Positions 35,831-44,837 of a DNA stretch of 64,000 bases are shown one piece after another. Made by a program: the position numbers and the translations under genes. Under the pieces are notes generated by a model, which made no database searches, was not told the DNA's origin, and saw only the letters and a program-made list of their open reading frames with translations. The DNA is from an uncultured Actinomycetota bacterium (lineage in GTDB: Bacteria > Actinomycetota > UBA4738), in NCBI GenBank assembly GCA_963781595.1, contig CAWAGG010000006.1, positions 2,626,923 through 2,690,922 of the forward strand. Direction: 5' to 3'. Every line of letters starts with the position of its first letter. Within the stretch, counting starts at the first letter, position 1.

Positions 35831-38800
35831 GTGCTGTGCCCGAACTGCGGAGAAGAGAACCCCGACCGAGCCCGGTTCTGCATCGTCTGCGGGGCCGCGC
35901 TGACCGGCGGCCCGAGGCCTGCCGAGGAGCGCAAGGTCGTCACGGTCCTGTTCTGCGAGCTGACCGGAGGCCCGGATCCGGGCACGGCCGACCCCGAGGA
36001 CGTCCGGGCGTCGCTCCAGCCCTACCTGACGGGCATCCGCCGCGAGATCGAGGCGAAGGGCGGCACGCTGGACAAGTTCCTGCCACAGGGCGCGCTCGGG
36101 GTCTTCGGCGCGCCGGCCGCGCACGAGGACGATCCCGAGCGCGCGATCCGCTCCGCGTTGGCGATCCTCGACGCCGTCGCCGGGCTCAACGCCGCGGCCG
36201 ACGCCCACCTGGCGGCGCGGATCGGCGTCGCGACCGGCGAGGTCGTCGTCGCCTTCGGCGCGGGACCCCAGATCGGCGAGAGCGTCACCGGCGACGTCGT
36301 GAACACCGCGTCGCGGCTCCTCGCCGTCGGGGAGCCGGGGACCGTCATCGTCGGCCAGTCGACGTACGAGGCGACCCAGGCGATCTTCGACTACGAGGGC
36401 CTCGGCGAGGTGACCGTCAAGGGGAAGCGCGAGCCGCTCACCGTCTGGCGGCCGTTGGGCGCGCGCAGCCGCCTGGGGGTCGGCATCGAAGCCCGTGAGC
36501 GCCCGGCGACACCGTTCGTCGGCAGGGTCGACGAACGTTCGTTGCTGATGATGATCTTCGGACGCGCGGTTCGAGGCGCATCCGTCCAGCTCGTGACCGT
36601 GACGGGCGAACCCGGGATCGGCAAGAGCCGGCTGGTCGCGGAGTTCAAGGCGGCCCTCGAGGCGCTCCCCGACCCCGTGCGATGGCGACAGGGGCGCTGC
36701 CTCCCCTACGGCGAGGGGATCACGTTCTGGGCGCTCGGCGAGATCGTGAAGGCCCAGGCCGGGATCCTCGAATCCGACCAGCCGGACGAGGCGGTCGAGA
36801 AGCTCCAGACGGCGGTCGATGCCTTGATCGACGACGCATCCGAACGGGCGTGGTTCGGCACTCGGCTCTCGCCGCTGATCGGCGTGGGCTCCGCGCCCGC
36901 CGCGGACCGGGCGGAGTCGTTCGCGGCGTGGCGCCGGTTCGTCGAAGCGATGGCCGCACGCTCGCCGGTCGTCCTGGTGATCGAGGACCTGCACTGGGCG
37001 GATCCGGCGATGGTGGCGTTCCTGGAGCACCTCGCCGCGAGCACGTCGCCGGTCCCGTTGCTGATCGTGGTTGCGGCGCGTCCGGAGCTGTACGCGCGCC
37101 ATCCGACGTGGGGCGGAGGCAAGGGCAACACCCTGACGATCACCGTCCCACCGATGTCGCCGGATGAGACGGCGACGCTCGTGGGCTCGCTGCTCGACCG
37201 TGCCGTCCTGCCCTCCGCGACCCAGTCGATGCTGATCGAACGAGCCGGCGGGAACCCCCTGTACGCGGAGGAGTTCGTCGGGATGCTGCTCGACCGCGGG
37301 CTCATCGACGACCATGGTGGCACGGCCGGGGATCTCCCGCAGCTCGCCTTCCCCGACAGCGTCCACGCGCTCATCGCGGCGCGGCTCGACTCGTTGCCCC
37401 CCGAGGAGAAGGCGCTCCTGCAGGACGCGTCCGTCGTCGGGAGGGTCTTCTGGAACGGGGCGCTGGCGGAGCTCGGTGGGGTTGCGCCCGACGACGTGCG
37501 GCGCGCGCTCGAGGACCTCGCGGCGCGCGAGCTGGTTCGCCCGTCCCGAACATCCTCCGTCGCCGGGGAGTCCGAGTACCAGTTCTGGCACGGGCTCGTC
37601 CGAGACGTCGCGTATGGCCAGATCCCACGCGCCGTTCGGGCCGAGCGCCACCGCCGGGCCGCGGTCTGGCTCGAACGGGTCGCGGGCGAGCGCGTCGCCG
37701 ACCACGCCGAGGTGCTCGCCTACCACGCGTCGCGGGCGCTCGAGCTGTCGGTCGCCTCCGGCATGGGCGCCGAGCGTGGACTCGGCGCGTTCGCCGGCGA
37801 CCCCGGCACGGACGCCCTGCGCGAGTCCGCCCGCGGCTACCTGGTCCTGGCCGGCGAACGCGCGATGTCCCTCGACGTCGCGAAGGCCGAGGAGCATCTG
37901 CGTGACGCGCTGGACCTCGCGTCGCCCGACGATCCCTCGCGCGCGGACGTCCTCCGGGGGCTCGCGGAGGCGACGTTCCTCGCCGGCCGCCTGGAGGAGT
38001 CGCAGCGGCTCTACGAGGAGGCGACCGCGCTCCTCGACGCGCAGGGCCGCGAGCTGGACGCGGCCGCCGCCCGCGTGGGCCTGTTCCGCGTCCTGCAGTA
38101 CCGGGGTCAGACGGCACGAGCCCGCGACCTCCTCGCCGACGCGACGCGCGTCCTGGAGCGGGAGCCGCCCGGTTCGGCGCTCACCCAGGCGATCGTCGAA
38201 TCCGCCGGCGCGATGATGACGTCGGGGCGCTTCCGCGAAGCGATCGCCGAGGCGGACCGGGGCATCGCCGTCGCCCGGCGCGTCGGTGACGCCGAACAGG
38301 AGCTCCGTGCGCTGGGGTTCCGCGGGTACTCGCGCGTCGGGCTCGGCGAGACGAGCGGCCTCGACGAGGAGCGCGAAGCGCTGGAGCGGGCGCTCGCGCT
38401 CGGCCTCGGCCGCACGACCGCGGTGGCGTACAACAACGTGGCGAACGACCTGCGGATGGTCGAGGGGCCCGCGGCCGCGGTCGCGATGTTCCGCGAAGGG
38501 ATCGCGTTCGCCGACGCCCGCGGCCTGGATGAGACGGCTGCCTGGATGCGGATGACGACGCTGCTCCCGCTCATCGACCTCGGCGCGTGGGACGAGGTCC
38601 TCCGTGGCAGCGCGGAGGTGATCGACGACGCGAAGCGCCACGGTGCGGGCTACGACGAGGCGTTCGCCGAGACGCTGCGGGCGTTCGTGCTGGCACACCG
38701 CGGTGATCCGACCGCGGCCGAAGCGGTCGACCGACTGCTGCCGAAGGCCCGCGAGATCGGCGACCCGCAGGTCCTGGAGGGAGCCCTGGCGGCCGCGTCG

Positions 38801-39286
38801 CTCGTCCGCCTGTCGGAGGGAGCGCCCTCGGATGCCGCGGCACTCGTCGAGGAGGCACTCGCGGCCACGGCCGACGCCGGCACGGATGCGCGGTCCTGGT
38901 ACCTGCCGGATCTGGTTCGAACCGCGATCGCTGCGGGAGACGCGGGCCTCGGGTCAAGGCTCACCGAGGGGATGCGGGGGACCCTCCCCCGCTACCGCCT
39001 GGCGATCGCCACGGCCCGGGCCTCGCTGCTCGAGGCGGAGGGCGACCACGAGCGCGCGGCCGGGTGGTTCGGTGGCGTCGCGGCGCTGTGGGATGCCTAC
39101 GGACACGAGCTCGAGCGCGCGTTCGCGTCGCTCGGCCACGGCCGGTGCCTGGTCGCCCTCGGCCGGGTCGACGAGGCCGTCGCGCCCCTGCAGGAGGCGC
39201 TCGGCGGCTTCGAGCGACTCCGCGCGAACCCGGCGATCGCGGCCGTCGAGCGGGTGCGCCGAACCGCCGCCGCGGTTCGCGGCTGA
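35831..39286 (+). CDS. Multidomain signalling protein: N-terminal zinc ribbon, class III adenylate/guanylate cyclase domain, STAND/AAA ATPase, and a long TPR-like helical-repeat C-terminus (no HTH seen)
   Basis: LCPNCGEENPDRARFCIVCG. Cyclase ERKVVTVLFCELTG...GVATGEVVV. Walker A VTGEPGIGKSRL, LVIEDLHWAD. About 600 aa of Ala/Leu/Arg-rich helical repeats. The GTG start at 35831 lies after the thioesterase stop. Confidence 0.9.
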   Translation: MLCPNCGEENPDRARFCIVCGAALTGGPRPAEERKVVTVLFCELTGGPDPGTADPEDVRASLQPYLTGIRREIEAKGGTLDKFLPQGALGVFGAPAAHEDDPERAIRSALAILDAVAGLNAAADAHLAARIGVATGEVVVAFGAGPQIGESVTGDVVNTASRLLAVGEPGTVIVGQSTYEATQAIFDYEGLGEVTVKGKREPLTVWRPLGARSRLGVGIEARERPATPFVGRVDERSLLMMIFGRAVRGASVQLVTVTGEPGIGKSRLVAEFKAALEALPDPVRWRQGRCLPYGEGITFWALGEIVKAQAGILESDQPDEAVEKLQTAVDALIDDASERAWFGTRLSPLIGVGSAPAADRAESFAAWRRFVEAMAARSPVVLVIEDLHWADPAMVAFLEHLAASTSPVPLLIVVAARPELYARHPTWGGGKGNTLTITVPPMSPDETATLVGSLLDRAVLPSATQSMLIERAGGNPLYAEEFVGMLLDRGLIDDHGGTAGDLPQLAFPDSVHALIAARLDSLPPEEKALLQDASVVGRVFWNGALAELGGVAPDDVRRALEDLAARELVRPSRTSSVAGESEYQFWHGLVRDVAYGQIPRAVRAERHRRAAVWLERVAGERVADHAEVLAYHASRALELSVASGMGAERGLGAFAGDPGTDALRESARGYLVLAGERAMSLDVAKAEEHLRDALDLASPDDPSRADVLRGLAEATFLAGRLEESQRLYEEATALLDAQGRELDAAAARVGLFRVLQYRGQTARARDLLADATRVLEREPPGSALTQAIVESAGAMMTSGRFREAIAEADRGIAVARRVGDAEQELRALGFRGYSRVGLGETSGLDEEREALERALALGLGRTTAVAYNNVANDLRMVEGPAAAVAMFREGIAFADARGLDETAAWMRMTTLLPLIDLGAWDEVLRGSAEVIDDAKRHGAGYDEAFAETLRAFVLAHRGDPTAAEAVDRLLPKAREIGDPQVLEGALAAASLVRLSEGAPSDAAALVEEALAATADAGTDARSWYLPDLVRTAIAAGDAGLGSRLTEGMRGTLPRYRLAIATARASLLEAEGDHERAAGWFGGVAALWDAYGHELERAFASLGHGRCLVALGRVDEAVAPLQEALGGFERLRANPAIAAVERVRRTAAAVRG

Positions 39287-39327
39287 TCGCCGGCCCCGCC
39301 GTGTCGCGCGTGTGGTTGGATACGCGC

Positions 39328-39783
39328 ATGTCCGACCCGCCCGATGCCGACGACCGGCCCGCGTTGGCGGCGATCCGGGCCGCGGTCGAGGCGATCGCGC
39401 CTGCCTTCGACGGACGCCCGGGCGGGCTGGACGTCGGCGCGGACCGTCACGTCGTTGAGCAGCTCGACCTCGCGCTGCCGGGGTTCGTCGACATGATCGG
39501 GATGCTGCTGGACGCGTACGCGAGCGACGTCCGCGCCGGCGCGTCGATGGCCGACCTGACGCTCGACGAACGCGGCGAGGTCATGCGCGCGCTCGCCGGC
39601 GAGGAGGAGCAGGATCCGCGCGACATCGTCGATGCGCTGTTCGTCTTCACGCTCGGCGCCATGTACTCGGAATGGTCGGGCTACGACCGAGACGCGCGGC
39701 GGCTGAGCCCGCCCGCGGCGTGGACGCGCGTCGGCTACCACGGCCCGGTCGACGGCGTCGCGGCGTACCGCGATGGTCGCTGA
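39328..39783 (+). CDS. Hypothetical protein co-transcribed with the GMC oxidoreductase (possible small subunit, gluconate-2-dehydrogenase subunit-3-like context)
   Basis: ATG at 39328. Its 3' end overlaps the GMC start. The sequence gives no motif I can name. Confidence 0.6.
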   Translation: MSDPPDADDRPALAAIRAAVEAIAPAFDGRPGGLDVGADRHVVEQLDLALPGFVDMIGMLLDAYASDVRAGASMADLTLDERGEVMRALAGEEEQDPRDIVDALFVFTLGAMYSEWSGYDRDARRLSPPAAWTRVGYHGPVDGVAAYRDGR

Positions 39784-41440
39784 GGAGAGGGGCGAACCGC
39801 GCGTGGAAGCACCCGACGCGATCGTCGTCGGCGCCGGCGCCGGCGGGCCGGTCGTCGCGAAGGAGCTGGCCGAGCGCGGGGTTCGCGTGCTGATGCTCGA
39901 AGCCGGCCCGTGGAACGACCCCGACCACGACTACACGCGCCTCGAGGACGACATGGGCGGCATCATGGACGGCCGGTTCCGGTGGGGACCGGCGGACCGT
40001 TCGGCGCCGCCGTGGGGCCGTCGGCGCGAGGGCGCGGGGCTGATCCTGCAGTGCGCGGGCGTCGGCGGGACGACCCAGCACTACAACGCGATCTCGCCTC
40101 GGATGTACCCGTCGGGGATCGATGACGACTGGCCGATCGCGTACGAGGACCTGATCCCGTACTACGAAGGGGTCGAGACCTTCCTACCCGTAAGGCTGGT
40201 TGACGACCTGGCGACGAAAGACGCGCTGTTCGCCGAGGGCTGCGAGCGGATCGGCCTGGAGCGGAGCGAGTCCACGTACGTGACGAAGGACATGTGGCGC
40301 CCGTCCCACAACGCGATCCTGCCGATCGCCCGGATGACGCCGGGAGGGTCGCTCGCATGGCCGGATGTCGAGGGCTGCACGATGTGCGGCCACTGCTTCG
40401 AGGGGTGCCCGAACCCACGCGGGGCGCCGGTCGAACGGAAGGCGAAGCGCTCGACGAACGTGTCGTACGTGCCGGCGGCCGTCGCGACCGGGCACTGCGA
40501 GGTCGTGCCGAACGCGTTCGCCACGGCCGTGCTCTTCGACGGCGGCGGTGGTGGCGGCGGAGGAGGAGGCCGTGGCTCGAACCGCCCGGCGCGGGTCCGC
40601 GGCGTGCGCTGGCGCGACACGGTCACGGGCGACGTGCACGAGGCCGAGGCTCCCGTCGTGGTTCTGGCGGGCGGCTCGATCGAGTCGCCGCGCCTGTGGC
40701 TGAACTCCGGGCTGCCGAACGCACACGACGTCGTCGGCCGGTACCTCACGAGCCACGCGCAGGACTTCGTGACCGGACTGTTCGACCGCGAGGTGCACCC
40801 CGACGTCGGGCAGGTGACGATGGCTCGCGCCGACTTCCCCGGCTACGGGACGCTCTGGAGCCAGGGGTTCGGCCCGCAGGCGTTCGCGATCGTCCTGATG
40901 GGCGCCGGCCAGGGCTTCTGGGACGAACCGACCCGGGGCGAGCCGTGGGACTTCGCGGGGCGCGCGTACGGCGCGGACGCGTTGCGGAAGGTCGACGAGT
41001 ACCATCGTTCGCTGTCCGTGGTGGTCTGCGTGGACGACCAGGCCGAGACGACGAACCGCGTCGCGCTGGTCGACGACTGGGCCCCCGACGAGCACGGCGC
41101 GCTTCCTCGGGTCGTGTACCGGCCCAGCGCGACCTCGTGGGACCGCCAGCACTGGCTCGCACGGAAGGCCGCGGAGATCCTGCGGGCCGCCGGGGCACGC
41201 GAGGTGCACCGCACGAACATGCAGCCGCTGTTCACGCACATCATGTCCACGATGCGGATGGGGCGCGATCCGGCGACGAGCGTCTGCGACCCCGACGGCC
41301 AGGCGCACGAGGTCGAGGGGCTGTTCGTCGGCGACACGTCGGCGCTGCCGAACGCGATCGGTGGGCCGAACCCGACGCTCACCGCGCAGGCGCTCGCAGC
41401 GCGCACCGCGGACCGCATCGCCGAACTCCGGTTCGCCTGA
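39773..41440 (+). CDS. GMC-family FAD oxidoreductase
   Basis: DAIVVGAGAGGPVVAKELAERGVRVLMLEAG. C-terminal GMC signature region ...HIMSTMRMG...VEGLFVGDTSALP. Contains a 10-Gly insertion. Confidence 0.9.
   Translation: MVAEERGEPRVEAPDAIVVGAGAGGPVVAKELAERGVRVLMLEAGPWNDPDHDYTRLEDDMGGIMDGRFRWGPADRSAPPWGRRREGAGLILQCAGVGGTTQHYNAISPRMYPSGIDDDWPIAYEDLIPYYEGVETFLPVRLVDDLATKDALFAEGCERIGLERSESTYVTKDMWRPSHNAILPIARMTPGGSLAWPDVEGCTMCGHCFEGCPNPRGAPVERKAKRSTNVSYVPAAVATGHCEVVPNAFATAVLFDGGGGGGGGGGRGSNRPARVRGVRWRDTVTGDVHEAEAPVVVLAGGSIESPRLWLNSGLPNAHDVVGRYLTSHAQDFVTGLFDREVHPDVGQVTMARADFPGYGTLWSQGFGPQAFAIVLMGAGQGFWDEPTRGEPWDFAGRAYGADALRKVDEYHRSLSVVVCVDDQAETTNRVALVDDWAPDEHGALPRVVYRPSATSWDRQHWLARKAAEILRAAGAREVHRTNMQPLFTHIMSTMRMGRDPATSVCDPDGQAHEVEGLFVGDTSALPNAIGGPNPTLTAQALAARTADRIAELRFA
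40541..40570 (+). repeat. Homopolymeric glycine tract (10 x GGN) inside the GMC oxidoreductase
   Basis: ggc ggc ggt ggt ggc ggc gga gga gga ggc, read directly. Confidence 0.9.
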
Positions 41441-41465
41441 GGCGATCCGGCGTCTCGCATCCTGC

Positions 41466-42575
41466 CTATCGGTCGAACACCACCACCGACCTGATGGCGG
41501 TCCCGGCGCGCATGTCGTCGAACGCGGCTTCGACGTCCTCCAGGCCGACCCGCTTCGTCACCATCGCGTCGAGGTCCAGCTGGCCGTTCAGGTAGTACCG
41601 CGCGAGCTGGGGGAAGTCCGACTGCGGGATCGTGTCGCCACCGTGACTGACCCGGAGCGTGATCTTGTTCTCGAACACCCCGAGCTTCGGATCCCCCAGA
41701 TCGAACGTCGCCATCGCGCCCTCGGCCTGGACGCCGACCATGGTGGCGGTCCCGGCGAACGCGAGCATCCGCACCATCTGCTCCACCGGCTCGGGGCGGC
41801 CCGTCGCCTCGAAGGCGAAGTCGACGCCCTTGCCGCCGGTGAGCTCGCGGACCGCCTCGACGGCGTCGGCCACCGAGGCGTCGACGACGTCGGTCGCGCC
41901 GAACTGCGTCGCCCAGCCCAGCTTCTGAGGCGCCACGTCGACCGCGACGATCCGTCCCGCGTTCGCGATCCTCGCCCCGGCGATCACCGACAGGCCGACG
42001 CCCCCGCACCCGATCACCGCCACCGTCGCGCCCGGCCAGACCGGCGTGGTGTTCAAGGGCGCCCCGGCCCCGGTCGAGACACCGCACGCCAGGAGGCAGG
42101 CGCTCTCCATCGGCATCCCCTCGGGGAGCCTCACGGCCTGCGCGGCGTGCACGACCGTCCGCTCGGTGAACGTGCCCGTGCGGAGCGTCGGGGCCAGCGC
42201 CGCGCCGTCCGAGGCCCGGTGCATCCGTCGCTTCGCCCGGAGGTGTGACTCGCAACGCCGCACGTCGCCGCGACAGCAATGCCCGCACCGACCGCACGGT
42301 GCGCGCCACGCGATCACCACGGCATCGCCGGGCGCGACGTCCCTGACGTTCGCGCCCACCTCCTCGACGATGCCGGCGCCCTCGTGACCCAGCAGGATCG
42401 GGAACGGCAGTCCCCAGCCGCCGCTGCGCTTCACGTGCAGGTCGGTGTGGCAGACGCCGCTCGCCGCGATCGCGACGACGACCTCTTCGGGACCGGGATC
42501 GTCGAGCGTGATGTCCTCGACCGAGACATCCTCACCAGGAGCGTTCAGCAATGCGGCGCGCGCGGTTCGTGCCAT
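41466..42575 (-). CDS. Zinc-dependent alcohol dehydrogenase (class III / mycothiol-dependent formaldehyde dehydrogenase-like)
   Basis: ASGVCHTDLHV..., GHEGAGIVEEVG, structural-Zn Cys cluster CGRCGHCCRG, GCGGVGLS. Confidence 0.9.
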   Translation of the reverse strand: MARTARAALLNAPGEDVSVEDITLDDPGPEEVVVAIAASGVCHTDLHVKRSGGWGLPFPILLGHEGAGIVEEVGANVRDVAPGDAVVIAWRAPCGRCGHCCRGDVRRCESHLRAKRRMHRASDGAALAPTLRTGTFTERTVVHAAQAVRLPEGMPMESACLLACGVSTGAGAPLNTTPVWPGATVAVIGCGGVGLSVIAGARIANAGRIVAVDVAPQKLGWATQFGATDVVDASVADAVEAVRELTGGKGVDFAFEATGRPEPVEQMVRMLAFAGTATMVGVQAEGAMATFDLGDPKLGVFENKITLRVSHGGDTIPQSDFPQLARYYLNGQLDLDAMVTKRVGLEDVEAAFDDMRAGTAIRSVVVFDR

Positions 42576-42660
42576 CGTGGAACCCCTCCCCCATCGTTCG
42601 CGAGCGGATCGGGCGCCATCGTATGCGACCCCTGCGCGACACGGCCGTGCGTGACCCGGC

Positions 42661-44166
42661 TCAGATCTCGGCGGCCGCCTGCGCGCCGGTCCGGACGGCG
42701 CCCTCCATGTACCCCTGCGCGTTGTACGAGGTGTGTTCGCCGCAGAAGTGCACGTTGCCCTCGCGGCGGCGTTCGATCCCGGAGAACCCCGTGTACTGCC
42801 CGAGGCCCCAGTACGAATACGCGCCGAGGTGCCAGGGGTCGGCCGCCCACCAGTCCTGGTACGCCCTCCCGTTGAACGCGCCGGTGATCCCGGGGAAGAC
42901 GGGCTCGAGCGCGTTCAGCGTGGCCTCGACGCGCGATGTCGGCGCGATCCCGTGGACCGGGCCGCCCAACGACGCGCCGAACGAGCCGCCCGGGAAGTCG
43001 ATCAGGAGGCCCGCGGCGCCCGGCTGGTCGATCCCCTCGTCCCAGGCGGTGAACGCGCCCGTGTCCGTGTAGGTCGTCCCGTCGTACCCGAGCCCGTGCC
43101 ACATCGGGGTCGTGAACTGGAGGTGGATCTTCGCGTTCGTGCCCATGCCCATCGTGGTGATCGCGCGCATCTTCAGGGCCGAGAACCCGGCGCGCGTGAG
43201 GTCCACGGACCGGAGGGTGGAGAACGGCAACGCCAGGACGACGTGATCCGCGACCACGTCGTCGGTCGCGCCTGCCGCGGTCTCGAACGTGCAGACGTAG
43301 GCGCCGTCACCCCTCGCGCGAAGCGCCACGAGGGCACGACCGCGGCGCACGGCCCCGTGGGGCAGCGCCTCGACCAATCCGGCGACCACCTGGTCGTTCC
43401 CGCCAACCACGTGCCATCTCTCGTCGGTGCCGGCGAGGGGGTTCAGGTGCCCCCTCGGGTTGTCCGCGAGCAGGTAGATCAGGTTCAGCGCGGGCTGGTC
43501 CTCGGGATCCCCGCCGTACTCGGACACGACGTTCTGGAGCATGAGCGCGCCGAACCGACCCGTGGAGCCGCCGTCGACGTTCGCGTCCAGCCACGCGGGC
43601 ACGGGCGTGCGATCCAGCTCGACGCCGGCATCGGTGTGTCGGTCGAACCGCTGCGGCCACGGCGCCGCCTTCGCCGCCTTCCGGAACGCCGGGTACGCGT
43701 CGAACCAGTCGGCGTTCGCCTGCGCGTACGTGTAGACGCCCCCGTCGACGAAGTACACGTCCTTCGTACCCTTCGGGTACCGGTTCACGTCCGCGAGATC
43801 CAGCCCCAGCTGGGCGACCAGGCGCCGCATCGCACGATGTTCGCTGGAGACGAACTGACCGCCCTGTTCGACTAGCTGGCCGTCGGAGAAGAAGCCGCGG
43901 AGGGTCCGGCACCGCCCCCCGACCGCGTCCGGGGCCTCGTAGATCGTCGAGACGAGCCCGCGTTCGGTCCAGAGCCGGTGGGCGCATCGCAGGCCCGCGA
44001 GCCCGGCGCCGACGATCGCGATCCGCGGCTGACCCTCGAGGTCCGAACGGGACGGCTCGGCGCGCGACGGCACCGGGCGGAGCGCGCCCGTCACCGCCAG
44101 CCCCGCGCCAGCCGCGCCGACCGCCCTGAGGAAGCCCCGTCGTCCGATCCGTCGCGTGCCGTTCAC
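42661..44166 (-). CDS. Flavin-containing amine oxidase with a twin-arginine signal
   Basis: The GTG at 44166 gives VNGTRRIGRRGFLRAVGAAGAGLAV (Tat motif), then RIAIVGAGLAGLRCA...YEAPDAVGGR and C-terminal HFCGEHTS. Confidence 0.9.
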   Translation of the reverse strand: MNGTRRIGRRGFLRAVGAAGAGLAVTGALRPVPSRAEPSRSDLEGQPRIAIVGAGLAGLRCAHRLWTERGLVSTIYEAPDAVGGRCRTLRGFFSDGQLVEQGGQFVSSEHRAMRRLVAQLGLDLADVNRYPKGTKDVYFVDGGVYTYAQANADWFDAYPAFRKAAKAAPWPQRFDRHTDAGVELDRTPVPAWLDANVDGGSTGRFGALMLQNVVSEYGGDPEDQPALNLIYLLADNPRGHLNPLAGTDERWHVVGGNDQVVAGLVEALPHGAVRRGRALVALRARGDGAYVCTFETAAGATDDVVADHVVLALPFSTLRSVDLTRAGFSALKMRAITTMGMGTNAKIHLQFTTPMWHGLGYDGTTYTDTGAFTAWDEGIDQPGAAGLLIDFPGGSFGASLGGPVHGIAPTSRVEATLNALEPVFPGITGAFNGRAYQDWWAADPWHLGAYSYWGLGQYTGFSGIERRREGNVHFCGEHTSYNAQGYMEGAVRTGAQAAAEI

Positions 44167-44239
44167 CGACGCGCAGGATAGCCGCGCGACGGCGCCCACG
44201 CGTGGGGGCGAGGGCGAGGACGTCGCGCGCGACCGTAGG

Positions 44240-44800
44240 ATGCCGGTCGACATGCCCGACGACGAGGTCACGCTGCGCGAGGTCACGCTGCGCGAGGTCA
44301 CGCTGCGCGAGGTCACGCTGCGCGAGGTCACGCTGCGCGAGGTCACGCTGCGCGAGGTCACGAAGGACACGGTCCGCGCGATCTGCCGCCTGGAGGTCAC
44401 GCCCGAGCAGCGGCATTTCGTCGCACCCAACGCCGTGTCGATCGCCGAGGCGTACTTCGAACCGAAGGCCTGGTTCCGCGCGGTGTACGCAGGCGATGAG
44501 CCTGTCGGATTCCTGATGCTCTTCGACGATCCGGGCGGAGACGGCCGCGAGCCCGAGTTCTTCCTCTGGCGCCTGATGATCGCCGCCCCGTTCCAGGACA
44601 AGGGCTACGGCCGGCGGACCCTCGAGCTGCTCGTCGACCAGGTGCGCGGTCGGCCGGGCGCCACGCACCTGATGACCAGCTGCGTCCCGGCCTCCGAGGG
44701 CGGGCCCGAGCCCTTCTACCTGGGGTTCGGCTTCGAGCCGACCGGTGAGATCGACGACGGCGAGCTCGTCCTGCGGCTCGCGCTCGATCACGCCCACTGA
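44240..44800 (+). CDS. GNAT N-acetyltransferase (diamine/spermidine acetyltransferase-like) carrying an N-terminal (EVTLR)x6 repeat
   Basis: ...EVTKDTVRAICRLEVTPEQRHFVAPNAVSIAEAYF..., acetyl-CoA loop RLMIAAPFQDKGYGRRTLE. Start at ATG 44240 or 44252. Confidence 0.85.
   Translation: MPVDMPDDEVTLREVTLREVTLREVTLREVTLREVTLREVTKDTVRAICRLEVTPEQRHFVAPNAVSIAEAYFEPKAWFRAVYAGDEPVGFLMLFDDPGGDGREPEFFLWRLMIAAPFQDKGYGRRTLELLVDQVRGRPGATHLMTSCVPASEGGPEPFYLGFGFEPTGEIDDGELVLRLALDHAH
44264..44362 (+). repeat. Perfect 15-bp tandem repeat gaggtcacgctgcgc x6 plus a 9-nt partial copy, in frame in the GNAT gene
   Basis: Read directly. Six identical units span 44264-44353, then gaggtcacg. Confidence 0.95.
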
Positions 44801-44837
44801 GCCCGGCGCCGTGGATCTGCCGATCGACCGGCCGCGG

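Noticed and set aside
44264-44362. Tandem repeats (here, 57363..57488 and 15900..16100) considered as CRISPR arrays
   Set aside because: The units are contiguous with no spacers, are short (15, 21 and 9 bp) and lie in frame inside coding sequences. No cas genes are present in the window.
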